Source: Octopus sinensis (Eukaryota). From it: DNA of 64,000 nucleotides. The DNA lies in contig NC_042999.1 in the NCBI RefSeq assembly GCF_006345805.1, positions 83,018,001 through 83,082,000 on the forward strand. Direction: 5' to 3'. Position 1 is the stretch's first letter; every line of letters starts with the position of its first letter. Under the pieces are notes generated by a model. The model was not told where the DNA came from. It did not search any database and was given only the letters and a program-made list of their open reading frames with translations. Position numbers and translations under genes: made by a program. Shown piece by piece: positions 38,063 through 50,637 of this stretch.

Positions 38063-39640
38063 TATATATATTACTAAATTTCCATTACTTGGTGTGTAAT
38101 ACTCTTTTCTATGAATTATTATTTACTTACGTATATATGCTTTTTCATAAGTATGTATGCATGTGCATACAAGCCCCTACAACTGAGGGCAGACAAAATC
38201 AGAGTGTGGAACATATAGAAAAGACATGATGTGGTACTCACATTCTCTCCTCCTCTCTGCTAACTCATATGCTTCTATGTTCTACTTGGTTTAATATGTC
38301 TACTGATTTTACTAATATATATATATTTCTCCATTCAATCCTGCATAACTGACTGAAATATTAATTTGTGTATGTAAAAGTTAGTGTGCATAAAGTATAC
38401 ACAGACATCTTAAAAGCCAAGAGACACCTCTTGTTATACTGTTTTATCTGTGCAGACACTGCTAATTATTACAATACCCAAACGGGTTAAACCATTAAAA
38501 GCTGCACAAGGCATGTCTACCAGATACCAGATGAAGTATTTATTTAAATGCATCAAACGGCGTTTTGTTTCTAGAAATAAAAGTTTCAAAAATGATGGTG
38601 TCTATTTACTTTATATGTGTATAAATTGGCGTATGTAACTATTTTGTGTAAACATGGATATATATATGTGTATGTGTGTGTATAAGGGTGTGTGGGTGTG
38701 TGTGGGATGGTATTCATATGTGTATGCGTATAATTATGCCTCTAGTGAACATATATTACATAAATATTTAATTCAGAGTAGATGAAAAGATTAATTAGTT
38801 AATATTAGCATTTATGTCATAATTTGTGTGTCTCTGTGTGTGTATGTATGATACAGATAGTACGTGTGTGTGTGATGAATGAATGTGTATGGGTAGTTCA
38901 TGTATGAATATGTATGAGGGCACATGTCATACATTGATGTGTGAAGTGTGTTCATATATGAATGTGCAAGAAACTATATTCACACACGCACACACATGCA
39001 TACATATGTATACTGACAAGTATTGGACACAACGAAGAATGGTTCGTTATTTTACAAAAGGTTGGCCGTGGTGTTTGAATTATATTTTGATTAGTATAAA
39101 CAGAATATATGCATGTATGATAGCTTATATATGAATGTATCTGAGTTCTGTCTCACTGTGCAGCATCTTGGACAGACGTTTTCTACTATAACCCCAGCCT
39201 AACTAGACTGATGGAAACAGAAAGAAGTCCATCGTATGTGAGTATGTGTGTGTGTACTTGTCTGTTTCTCCGTGTTTGTTTGTTTACATTTGCAGTCTAT
39301 GATGGTCACAAGCAACGAGTGGTGTGGGTTGTTGTCATTTCTCCTGTTAACAAATTGTTTGCTTGCATCACAACTTCAAAGACATGTGAAGTAAGTGTTG
39401 TATTTCTTGAAGAATGAGTAAGGGTTAGTGACAGAAAGAGCATCTGTCCGTACTGTAATGCCTCGATGATGTATTCATGTAGCTTGTGCTAACATGTAAA
39501 GAAACAGGTAAGAACATACAGACACATATACATGCTTGCTTTCACACATATATACATGCATATACACACGTACACATTCACATGCATACACACAATTACA
39601 TACACTCACACAAAAAAAAGAAAAACACTATTTCCAGGAC

Positions 39641-39861
39641 TGTTGCCAGTACTGCCTGACTGGCCCTCGTGCCGGTGGCACGTAAAAGCACCCACTACAC
39701 TCTCAGAGTGGTTGGTGTTAGGAAGGGCATCCAGCTGTAGGAACTCTGCCAAATCAAGATTGGAGCCTGGTGCAGTCATCTGGTTCACCAGTCCTCAGTC
39801 AAATCGTCCAACCCATCTAGCATAGAAAGCGGACGTTAAACGACGATGATGATGATGATGA
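39641..39861 (+). mobile_element. Family D retroposon with (GAT)n tail
   Basis: GGTGGCACGTAAAAGCACC...AGGAAGGGCATCCAGCTGTAG...GCGGACGTTAAACGACGATGATGAT. Confidence 0.8.
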
Positions 39862-42764
39862 CATAAGCATACACACATACATACACACGTATTTCTTTTA
39901 ATGATCTTTGAATTAACTACCAACTAAGTATACTGATGCTGTGTAGAATGAAGCCTTCAGCAGAGAAACACAACAAAAATGAAGACCTCTATGTTGCAAC
40001 AGATTAGGACTTTGCAATAATAGTCTCAGCTTACCTATGTCTTCATCCAAATTGACAACTGTTTGTGTAAATTAGCTCAATGCCATAAATGTTTTGCATA
40101 TTCTGACAGTTGCACTGACAGATGACAAGTAGATTTTGAATCTGTCAGATGTTATGTATACAATCAACTACCTTCATTGTGCACTGATCAATCAATGAAT
40201 TTGACCTGAGTGCTATTGTTTGACTTGCTAAACTTAGCAGTCAGTTCTCCTTGAAACCAACTCACTTCATTGTAGGCCTGTTCAATTAAAGTCAACCTGG
40301 GTTAACAATAGCGATGTACTGGATTAACAACAGGGTGAATGTACTAATGTGATAGTATATGTAACTTGAGTACTTGGGTATAGAATTTGAAATTTTTCTG
40401 TAATCCATCATTACATACCTGTATGTGTTTCTTACAAAAATACTTTGCATCTGATGGACATCTATCTTCCACAGTTATTTGTACATTTTTCTGTTTCCTT
40501 CTCTCTCTGTTCTTGATTCCACAAAAACCATCTCTTCCTAATCTGTATTGCATACACCCCCTATATATAATGTGGGGTATCCATGTATCTCCTCTTATAG
40601 CAAGACATCTGTACTTGTCCCTCTGTCATACTTTAGCCTCTCAAACCCCTTTGGTATAAAGCCACCTACCCCTGTCCAATAATCCCCTTAGTAGTGGGAG
40701 CGTTTTCCTTTTATTCTTTTTTGTATTTTGTTTTTTCTGTCTTGTAAGTTACTCAGCATCCTCACTTGTGCATCCAACACACACTGTAATACTGTTGGCA
40801 TTAGGAAGGGATCCAGCTGTAGAAACCATTCCAAAGCTGTCTCTGGAACTCTATCCATGGTGTGTTGTCTCTCATCCATTTACTGACACAGAAAGCAAAG
40901 TTAATAAGCACTTACTCTTAGGAAAATTTTAATTAAGAACATATTATAGATTAGATATTCTTTGCTATTGTCTCATATGACCTGTTGTTTCAAAGGGCAA
41001 AGTGCACCCAACTACATAAGACAGTGAACACTTCAGGTGAGATGTGGTGCCAGGAAAGGTAGTTGAACCTAAGAAAATATGCTTGGGGACCTTCTGGTGT
41101 TTAAAAGGTTTTCTGACAATGTGTCATGCCTTAGCAGAGAATGATAATATTTGCATTACAAAGGCATGTTTTTAGCCAGCTGCTAGTGACCTCCATCAAC
41201 AGCTTATGTAATAATTCTACCCAAATCAGCAGTAGGTCACAGCCAGGAGCCTTGTCTTGTGTCTCTATTTTAGTTCTGTCCTATTATTTTCTCTTCTTTT
41301 ATGCATGAGTTATTTAATGACTAATTCCTTCTCTTAAATTACGCAGAAGCCCAATGAACTTTCAGTTGAATGTAATGTACTGTCATTATCAAATCATTGT
41401 GAGTCTGAAGGAAACTCGTTAAAGTTAGTTAATGAGTTAACTCTGATTCTGACGTAAACTCATTAACACTATATATTGCACAACTGTCCAGTCAAATCCT
41501 AATCATTGTCAAGCCGGTCAGTCAGTCTGGCAGTCATAACCACAGCTGTTGTTGTTGTTGCTGATATTGCTGCTGCTGTTGTTGTTGTTGTTCATTCCAT
41601 TGTGCTTTTACATTCAGAAATTGTACTGAAGTTCACTTTGTTGTTGTTGTTGACCTTGGTGTTGCTGCTGTTAATTTCTGTTGTTATTGTTGTTTTGTCT
41701 TGGGTCAACTTTTTTTGACTTAACACATTTATTGATCAAATACATTCCAGATTTGACCATAGTGTTTTGCATTTTTTTTTTTAATGTTGTTGAGACAGTT
41801 TATGTAGGATCAAATTGCATTTTTCATTATCTTGTCCTTTTACCTTTGAAAACATGAATGTGGTTTGAGGGAAACTTGGTTGCTATATCTAGCATGTTGA
41901 GTAACCACACAGGATCTTTTTTCATTTTATTTCAGTTTACTGCAAAAATCATTTCTGATCAACCAGACCTTTGATCAAAAGTATTCTATATTCCACCCAT
42001 GGAATATCTAGGCCTGCATCTTATGTATCCCTTTAGTTATTGTTTAGATTTAGGTCAAGCCTGACTAAGACAATGTCTGATGGGAACTGTTCTAACCAGG
42101 GCCATGGGGTCAGAGTCAGAAGCAATCAAGGGGTAGCTGGAGTCGGAATTCGTAAAATAGACCACTATCATTTAATTACATAGAGGATTTGGAGCTGGTG
42201 CCAATAGTAAAGGAGTTAAAGTTTTTTGCTTCGATTCCTCAGCCCTGGTTCTAACCACAACTATCTTATACTTGAAGTTTACTTAACACACTGTGTCCTT
42301 CTGTTTTAACACAGTGTTGTATGATGTTATGAAATTTGACTGCTATTTCTAGTAGTCCATGAGACATGTATTTATTGTTGTGGTGGATCAGGTACAGTTC
42401 TATATTATCAATATTATGGCATTATTTTACATAAATATTGTCATTGCTGTCATTATAGAATAATTCCTTCAGTTATATAAATACTGACATACACTAAAAT
42501 ATGTTTTCGGCTTTGGTATTTGCTGTAACGTACACAAACACACACACACATATATGTATGTGGGGTATGTGTGTGTGTGTGTGTGTGTGTGAAACAGTTA
42601 CAGAAGTCTGCAGGCTTCTGCCTGGCCAGCTCTTGTCAAACCATCTGACCCATGTCAGTATGAAATGATGATGATGTGTCACATGGTTTTGGGTTCAGTC
42701 TTCAACTATACCCTCAGGCCAACCAAAGCCCTTGTGGGTGGATTTGGTTAATGGAAACTGAAAG

Positions 42765-42820
<56 letters not shown>

Positions 42821-42928
42821 CATAATATATTAGCATATGCATATATACATACATATATGTACATACCTACATCTATATGTATATGTACATGCATATGTGG
42901 GTACAGGACACTGAAAAAACGTTGAACA

Positions 42929-42971
<43 letters not shown>

Positions 42972-43434
42972 GTGTGTTTCTATATTTGTGATATCTATCT
43001 GTGTATGTGTGTGTGTATGATATATAATGCATACACATGCGTGTTGGTGTCTTCTTGTCTTGACATCACATGATGTTTACAAATCTGTCACTTTCATACA
43101 AGCATTGCCCCTCATTTCCTGTCTTCCTTGGAAACATGTCTGGTTATGAGGAAATATTAAACTTACTTGGAAGCAGGTGAGGGTCGGTAACAGGAAAGGC
43201 CTCCAGCAGTAGTAAGCCTGCCTCGACAAATTCTCTCTGACTCATGAAAGCAAGCAAAAGTGAATGTTGAAATAATAATGGTGATGATCATGATGATATA
43301 ATGCATTCAGTTCTGTAAGCAAAATTCCTTCTCTTAAATTACATATCTTACATGTAGTGGAGTGTATAGAAGAGTTATCCGAAGTTGAGACTTCGCTGTT
43401 CAGCTTTCCTATTTTTCAGAAACTTAGATTAGGT

Positions 43435-43612
43435 GCAGGCTTGGTTGTGTGGTATGAAGTTTGCTTCCCAATCACATGGTTCTGGGTTCAGTCCCTCTGT
43501 GTGACACCTTGGGCAAGTGTCTTCTACTATAGCTTCAGGCTGACCAAAACCATATGAGTGGATTTGGTGGAAAGAAACTTAAAGAAGCTCATTGGTTGTA
43601 TGTATGTATGTA

Positions 43613-43646
<34 letters not shown>

Positions 43647-44005
43647 CATACACCCACACACATGTATACACACATACATATACACATACACACATATATA
43701 TATACATAGATACACTCACACACACACACATATATATATATACGTACATACACACATACATATACGCATATATATATATATATACCCATGTGTGTCTTTG
43801 TTTGTCCCGCGCTGCCATTTGATAACCAGTGTTGGTGTGTTTATGTCTCTGTAGCTTAGTGGTTTGACAAAAGAGGCTGATAGGATAAGTACCAAGCTTT
43901 ACAAAAAGCACTAAGTACTGGTGGCAATTTGTTTGACTAAAATTCTTCAAGGTGGTGCCCCAGCGTGGCCACAGTCTAATGACTGAAACAAGCTAAATAA
44001 TAAAA
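43435..44005 (+). mobile_element. Family A SINE with ~200-bp expanded internal microsatellite
   Basis: Head 43435-43590, (TA)/(CA) tract ~43595-43790, tail to ~44005. Confidence 0.8.
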
Positions 44006-44538
44006 GTGCCTGACTGGCCTTCATGCCAGTGGCAAGTAAAATCTCCCACTACACTCTCGGAGTAGTTGGCATTAGGAAGGGCATGCAGCTGTAGAAACAC
44101 TGCCAGATCAAGATTGAAGCCTGGTGCAGCCATCTGGTTCACCAGTCCTCAGTCAAATCGTCCAACCCATGCTAGCATGGAAAGCAGATGTTAAACGATG
44201 ATGATGATGATGATGATAAACAGTCATGGGGACGAGCCAGTGCCACCTGACTGGTCCTGTGCCGGCGGCACGTAAAAAGCACCATTCGAGCATGGTCATT
44301 GCCAGTGCCTCTGACTGGCCTCCATGCCGGTGGCACATACAAAGCATCCACTTCACTCTTGGAGTGGCTGGCATTAAGAAGGGCATCCAGCTGTAGAAAC
44401 CTTGTCAGATCAGATTAGAGCCTGGTGCAGCCTAGTGGCTTGCCAGTCCTCAGTCAAACTGTCCAACCCATAACAGCATGAAAAGCGGACGTTAAACGAT
44501 GACGACGACGATGATGATGATGAGGATGATGATGATGA
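44006..44538 (+). mobile_element. Two head-to-tail family D copies
   Basis: Each ends GTTAAACGATGA(TGA)n (tails end ~44217 and ~44538). Confidence 0.85.
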
Positions 44539-45280
44539 AGCTCAGTTTTGAAATTTGAAGTGCTCCTACATTGTATATATCTGAACTTATGCATGTGTAT
44601 CTCTGTCATTCTGTACATGCCTGCGATTTTGGTCAAATTTAGCTTTGTCTTAGTGTGTATACATGCTATGCAAAAGCTATTAGCTATCGGTCTCTCCATG
44701 GACAGATGTTGGGTTTACTTTGTCTCATGAGAGTCTAAAATGACTAGAATCTGATCAGAGAGATCCCTTTTTCACACACACACACCCCTTCAGTTCTGCA
44801 AAAAAATGAAACTTGTGTAATCAACCACTCTGTATGTTTTTCTCGGCAAGTCTAAAATTGTATGTTTATTATCAAAGATAAAAAAAAAAGGTATATTTTA
44901 ATTTACATTTCAAATTATCTGCAAAATACTGTGTAGTGAATTATTAATTAATGCATATGAATACACATACATATCTGTATATATATGTGTGTGTGTGTGT
45001 ACATGTATAGTACTGTGTTTTTATCTGCATGTATGCACATCTGTACACATGTATATATATGTTTCTGTGTGTTTATTGGTGTCACAGATATTCATGCACT
45101 CAACACACACACACACGAGCCACTATGTCTTAATTATATCCTACATTTACCAAGCACACAGTCCCACACATTCCCAGAGACTACCCCCACACCATACTCC
45201 TCTCTTCCAATTCTGGCAGTGTTCCATGGAAAGGAATAATATAATCTATCTCTCTCTGTCTTTGTCCCCCCCCCACCCCA

Positions 45281-45326
45281 CTCTCTATCTCTCTCTCTCT
45301 CCTCTCTCTCTCCTCTCTCTCCTCCT

Positions 45327-45421
<95 letters not shown>
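45281..45421. repeat. Interrupted (CT)n polypyrimidine/polypurine tract
   Basis: Directly visible; ~140 bp of C/T only. Confidence 0.95.
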
Positions 45422-45422
<1 letters not shown>

Positions 45423-46449
45423 AAAATATACAACAGAGACTTACTGTTGTTACTAACTAGCATTATGACACTTATTTTTTTAAACTCAATTTGCCTGGAG
45501 CTTCAGGCCTAATTAAGAAGTTACTAATTATGAAAATCTAAATTATAAAGGGGAGAAAAAACAAACAAAACAAAACCAAAAATGGACTACTGAAACAAAA
45601 TAACTACAAAAATATGTTAAGTAAACAGTTTAGTGTTCATTTTGAGTAATAATAATAGCAACAACAACAATAATAATAATAATAATAACAATCATGAAAG
45701 GTTGGTAAGTGTCAGAGGTTGGTATTACTAACTAGCTAAGTTCTCCTGAGAGGCCAAAACCAGGCAGGCACTGAGGTATCGTGTGTTCAATTCTTAGTCA
45801 AATCAAATTGACTTAACTGATTTGTTTTTATTTTTGTTTTTCTTTGTGGTGATAGTGATGGTGGAGGTGTGTGTATGTGTGTGTGCGCGCATCTTGACAT
45901 GATTTTAGATTAGTGCAGAAGAACATATGAATTCTGTGACACAATAAAAAGTTCTTTGGCATTGGTTATTCATGTGTATGTGGCTAATTAAAATGTAGAT
46001 GTGTATTTGTGTGCCATTGTCTTGATTTAACACACACACACACACATGACAAGCCTCTTTCACTTCCCATTTACCAAATCCACTCACAAGGCTTTTGGTT
46101 GACCTGGGGCTATAGTACAAGACAGTTGCTCAAGGTACCTTGCTGTAGGACTCGGCCTGAAACCATGTGGTTGGGAAGCAAAATTCTCAACCACACAGCC
46201 ATTGCTCTACCTCTGTTGGCATGTATGCACACATACATACACATGTTAGAAATACATACATGCTCATCACACATACACACACACAAATACCGAAACAACA
46301 AAGATTCTTTTTTGATTATTGCATGTTTCAGATCTATTTGTATGCAAATGTGTGTGTGTATATGCATATACATACATACATACACACGCACACACACGCA
46401 CACACACACACACATACATACATACATACATACATACATACATACATAC

Positions 46450-46833
46450 TACAAGTTCAGCTTTATACCTGTAATCACTGGGGCCCTGGGATATGTAACA
46501 CTGCCTAAATACCAATCTTGAGAAATTAGGCTTCTCAAAACCAGAAAGGAGAAAGCTAATTCAAAGACTAAAGGTCCAATCCATCACTGGAACTGTAAGA
46601 CTCTGTAAAACTTTCCAGAAGTTTATCATTTAAATATATATGAGCATGTCTAGATATGCAACTATATGCATAAGAATACACACATAAAACATACAGATCT
46701 GCACATACATACATATATACATACAAACAAAAATACCCTGTTGTTGATGTTGAAATTCCAATGAAGGAGCCTTGAATTTAAGTTAAAAACCGGTTCTTTC
46801 TCTATTAGTGAGAAAGAAATAAACTGAATAATG
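46450..46833 (+). mobile_element. 5'-truncated R4/Dong-like (restriction-like endonuclease) non-LTR retrotransposon: ORF C-terminus plus 3' UTR
   Basis: YKFSFIPVITGALGYVT, then a frameshift near 46500, then HCLNTNLEKLGFSKPERRKLIQRLKVQSITGTVRLCKTFQKFII* (stop 46631-33). This matches the IPVxxGALG...L-GF...LQ-SI-GT pattern of RLE-type element C-termini. Flanked by CATA repeats. Confidence 0.75.
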
Positions 46834-48057
46834 ACATACATACACGCAGGCATGCATAGTAATACCTCCTTTAACATGGACCTGCATTACAAGACCCCGG
46901 GTTTACGAATTTTATTTTTCAAGCACAAGGTCCAAATTTTGAACGAAGTGCAAAAGTTTCTACTACTATGACAAATGCTTCTGTGTGTTACTGAGAGCGA
47001 AAAAAAGCTTCCAATAAGCAAGCAACTCTATGCTTGTTTTTAAAAATAAATCTACAAGTCTCTCTACGAGTGATTGTGAATTAGTGATCACATCTACAAG
47101 TGATGCAGAAAAAGAATATAATTATATATTTTTTTAATTATATATGATCTTGAAATTCCTTTTGCTTTACGTAAAATATTCTTTACATTCTACTGTTGTT
47201 TTATTCCCATTTCTTTACAAGTATTTAAAATTTTACAGGTAAAATATTTTTCTGGAAACAATTATGATTTACATAACATTGCTACTATGGGAAATTATTG
47301 CTCTGCTTTACAAGTTTATGCTTTACGAGCAGTCTCCAGGAACAAATTAACTCATATCTCGAGGCATTACTGTACGCACACACACACATACGTGCGCACA
47401 CATACACAATCTCAAAAGTAAATAGACACCATTTTTCTTTTCCTAGTTTTCTTTTTTCTGAATGATATATTTCTAGAAACAAAATAATGTAATGTCATTC
47501 GATGATGCATTTTAAAAAGTTAATCTAGCATTTTATTTGACATGCCTTGTGCAGTTTTTAAATATTTAACGTTTTTGGGCATTGTACTAATGAGAAGTGT
47601 CTGCACAGAAAGAATGATATAATGAGGGGTGTCTATTTATATTTGTGACATCTGTGTGTGTGTGTGTACACATGCTTGCACATAGGCATACACACTCGTA
47701 CACAGATTTGCTTAATTGGAAATTGCCGAAATGCTGATATTTGTGCAAACTTATATATATGGAGTATGGGTTGTACATGTGTGTATGTATATACATACAA
47801 GCATATGCATTCATATACAACGCACACATACACACACATGCTAATTTAGCATCAAATCTCTCTCTATATATATATGCATGTATATAAATATTTAAGTATG
47901 TATATGTGTATGTATATAGATGTATATATGTGTATGTATATGTATGCATATATGTATGTATATGTATTAAGTCATAAGGGGCCAAACACAAGGGGGATAT
48001 ACACACACACACACACACACACACATACACACATATATATATCAACACATACATACA

Positions 48058-48095
<38 letters not shown>

Positions 48096-48097
48096 CT

Positions 48098-48146
<49 letters not shown>

Positions 48147-48466
48147 GTATATGTATAATGTATATATATAAAATGTATGCATACATGCAGAATGTGGGAA
48201 GATGGTATGAAATTTTGCAGGATGAGTCAAGGAGATGAAAAATTGTTCAATGGAAGAACAAAGAATAGGAATGAAGAGAGGAAAGCAAGAGAAAAGAAGG
48301 CAAATTCTTTTAGCATTTCCAGCAGCTTGCTCACTTTTTTTTTTTTCCTTTTTGTAATCATTCAAATATTCTGCATTGTTTAATTTTCTGAAAATAGAAA
48401 TGGTGGGATGGTGGGATGGTGGTGAAATGATAAAAATAAAAGCCAGGTCATTTGTTTATAAGTATA

Positions 48467-48503
<37 letters not shown>

Positions 48504-48593
48504 GGCATAGTAATTTCCGTTCTTAAGTATGTGTATGTATATAATATATATATGTATATCAGATTGAGTGGCAATGTCAGGATATTTTTGTTT

Positions 48594-48990
48594 GGGAGTG
48601 GTTGTGTGGTAAGTAGCTTGCTTACGAACCACATGGTTCCAGGCTCAGTCCCACTGCATGGCACCTTGGGCAAGTATCTTCTACTATATAGCCTCAGGCT
48701 GACCAAAGCCTCGTGAGTGGATTTGGTAGACGGAAACTGAAAAAAAGCCCGTCATATATATGTATATATTTATATATGTGTGTGTATGTTTGTGTGTCTG
48801 TGTTTGTCCTCCCAACATCGCTTGACAACTGATGCTGGTGTATTTATGTACTCGTAACTTAGCGGTTTGGCAAAAGAGACCGACAGAATAAGTACTAGGC
48901 TTACAAAGAATAAGTCCTGGGGTCGATTTGCTCGACTAAAGGTAATGCTCCAACATGGCCACAGTTAAATGACTGAAACAAGTAAAAGAG
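48594..48990 (+). mobile_element. Family A SINE, full length
   Basis: High similarity to 62414-62814 along its whole length. Confidence 0.88.
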
Positions 48991-49134
48991 TATATAAATG
49001 AATGCATGTGTGTGTGTGTGTGTGTGTGTATATATAAAAATATATAGATATATAGATGTGGAAATAGATATGTGTGTATAAGGATATATACATGAATATC
49101 TGTCTCTACATGCGCATTTGTGCATATATATATA

Positions 49135-49166
<32 letters not shown>

Positions 49167-49256
49167 TTGTATATGAAGATATATACATACATGAATATAT
49201 ATTTCCACATGCACACATACTTGTGTATATATGTATATATATATGTATATATTTAA

Positions 49257-49487
49257 GGCGGCGAGCTGGTAGAAACGTTAGCACGCCGGGCGAAATTCGT
49301 AGCCGTATTTTGTCTGTCGTTACGTTCCGAGTTCAAATTCCGCCGAGGTCGACTTTGCCTTTCATCCTTTCGGGGTCAATAAATTAAGTACCAGTTACGC
49401 ACTGGGGTCGATGTAGTCGACTTAATCCCTTTGTCTGTCCTTGTTTGTCCCCTCTGTGTTTAGCCCCTTGTGGGTAGTAAAGAAATA
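49257..49487 (+). mobile_element. Family C tRNA-derived SINE, young CpG-rich copy
   Basis: B box GAGTTCAAATTCC, core GTCGACTTTGCCTTTCATCCTTTCGGGGTC, tail CCCCTTGTGGGTAGTAAAGAAATA; inserted in a TA-rich repeat. Confidence 0.88.
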
Positions 49488-49974
49488 TATATATGTATAT
49501 ATATACATGCGCACACATTATTTTCAGTGGTGAGGTTTCCTCTTCTCTTTATTTGTTCATTTTTTAATGAGCCTGCAGTCAGATTAAATCATACATAAAA
49601 AAATAAGTAGGGACACGGGGTTTGGGTGGGTGGGTGGGTGGTGTTGTTGGGGGGGTGTGGTTGAAAGTGGAGAAGGCGATATATTGACACAACGGTTTAA
49701 GGAATATCCATGTTGACATCTGAAGAATTTTGGGACACAGATACATGGAAAGAAGAAAAGACCACATGTATATGTATATATTCCTCTGTGTATGTGGGGG
49801 GGGGGCGTGCGGTTTATAAGCTTGATTTGCAACTACTTGGTCTCTGGTTCAGTCTCACAGTGTTGCACCTTTGGCGAGTGTCTTGTACAAAGCCCTGAGC
49901 TGACCAATGCCTTGTGAGTGAATTTGGTAAATGGAAACTGTGTGGGAACTCATTATGTACACCTTTTATCGATT

Positions 49975-50367
49975 ACTTGTTTCAGTCATTTGACTGCGGC
50001 CATGCTGGGGCACCAACTGGAAGGGCTTTTAGTCAGACAAATTGACCCCAGGACTTTTTCTTTTTTTAAAGCCTAGTACTTATTGTATTATTGTCTTTGG
50101 TTGAACTACTATGTTACAGGGACATAAGCATACTAACACTAGTTGTGAAGCAGTGATATGGAACAAACACAGACATAAAGACATGCACACAAAGACACAT
50201 TATACATTTATACACACTATATACACACACACATATATATATTTGATTGGCTTTTTTTAAGTTTCTGTCTACCAGATCCACTCAAGGTTGTGATCGGCCC
50301 AAGGCTACAGTAGAAGACTGGTGTCACTCAGTGGAATTGAACCGGGAACCATGTGGTTAGGAAGCAA
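49975..50367 (-). mobile_element. Family A SINE lacking its first ~25 nt
   Basis: Tail, core and most of the head on the minus strand; breaks at 50367. Confidence 0.75.
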
Positions 50368-50385
50368 AGGTTACAAGTGTGAAAG

Positions 50386-50575
50386 GGAGATTCAGCGTGA
50401 ATATGACATGGATGGCCCTTTGAAAGGTACTACTCATTTTTGCCAGCTGAGTGGACTGAAGCAACATGAAATAAAGTGTCTTGCTCAAGGACAGAACACG
50501 TTACCAAGAATTGAACTCTTGACATTATAGTCGTCAGCTAATTACCCCTAACCACTAAGCCATATGGCTTCACTC
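50386..50575 (-). mobile_element. Family B SINE lacking its 3' part
   Basis: Reverse complement of the first ~200 nt of 30608-30932. Confidence 0.75.
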
Positions 50576-50596
50576 ATCATATGTGTATGTGTGAGT

Positions 50597-50637
<41 letters not shown>

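Noticed and set aside
47225-47245. TTTTACAG|GTAAAA as a recursive site
   Set aside because: Short pyrimidine tract and weak donor; expected by chance in AT-rich DNA.
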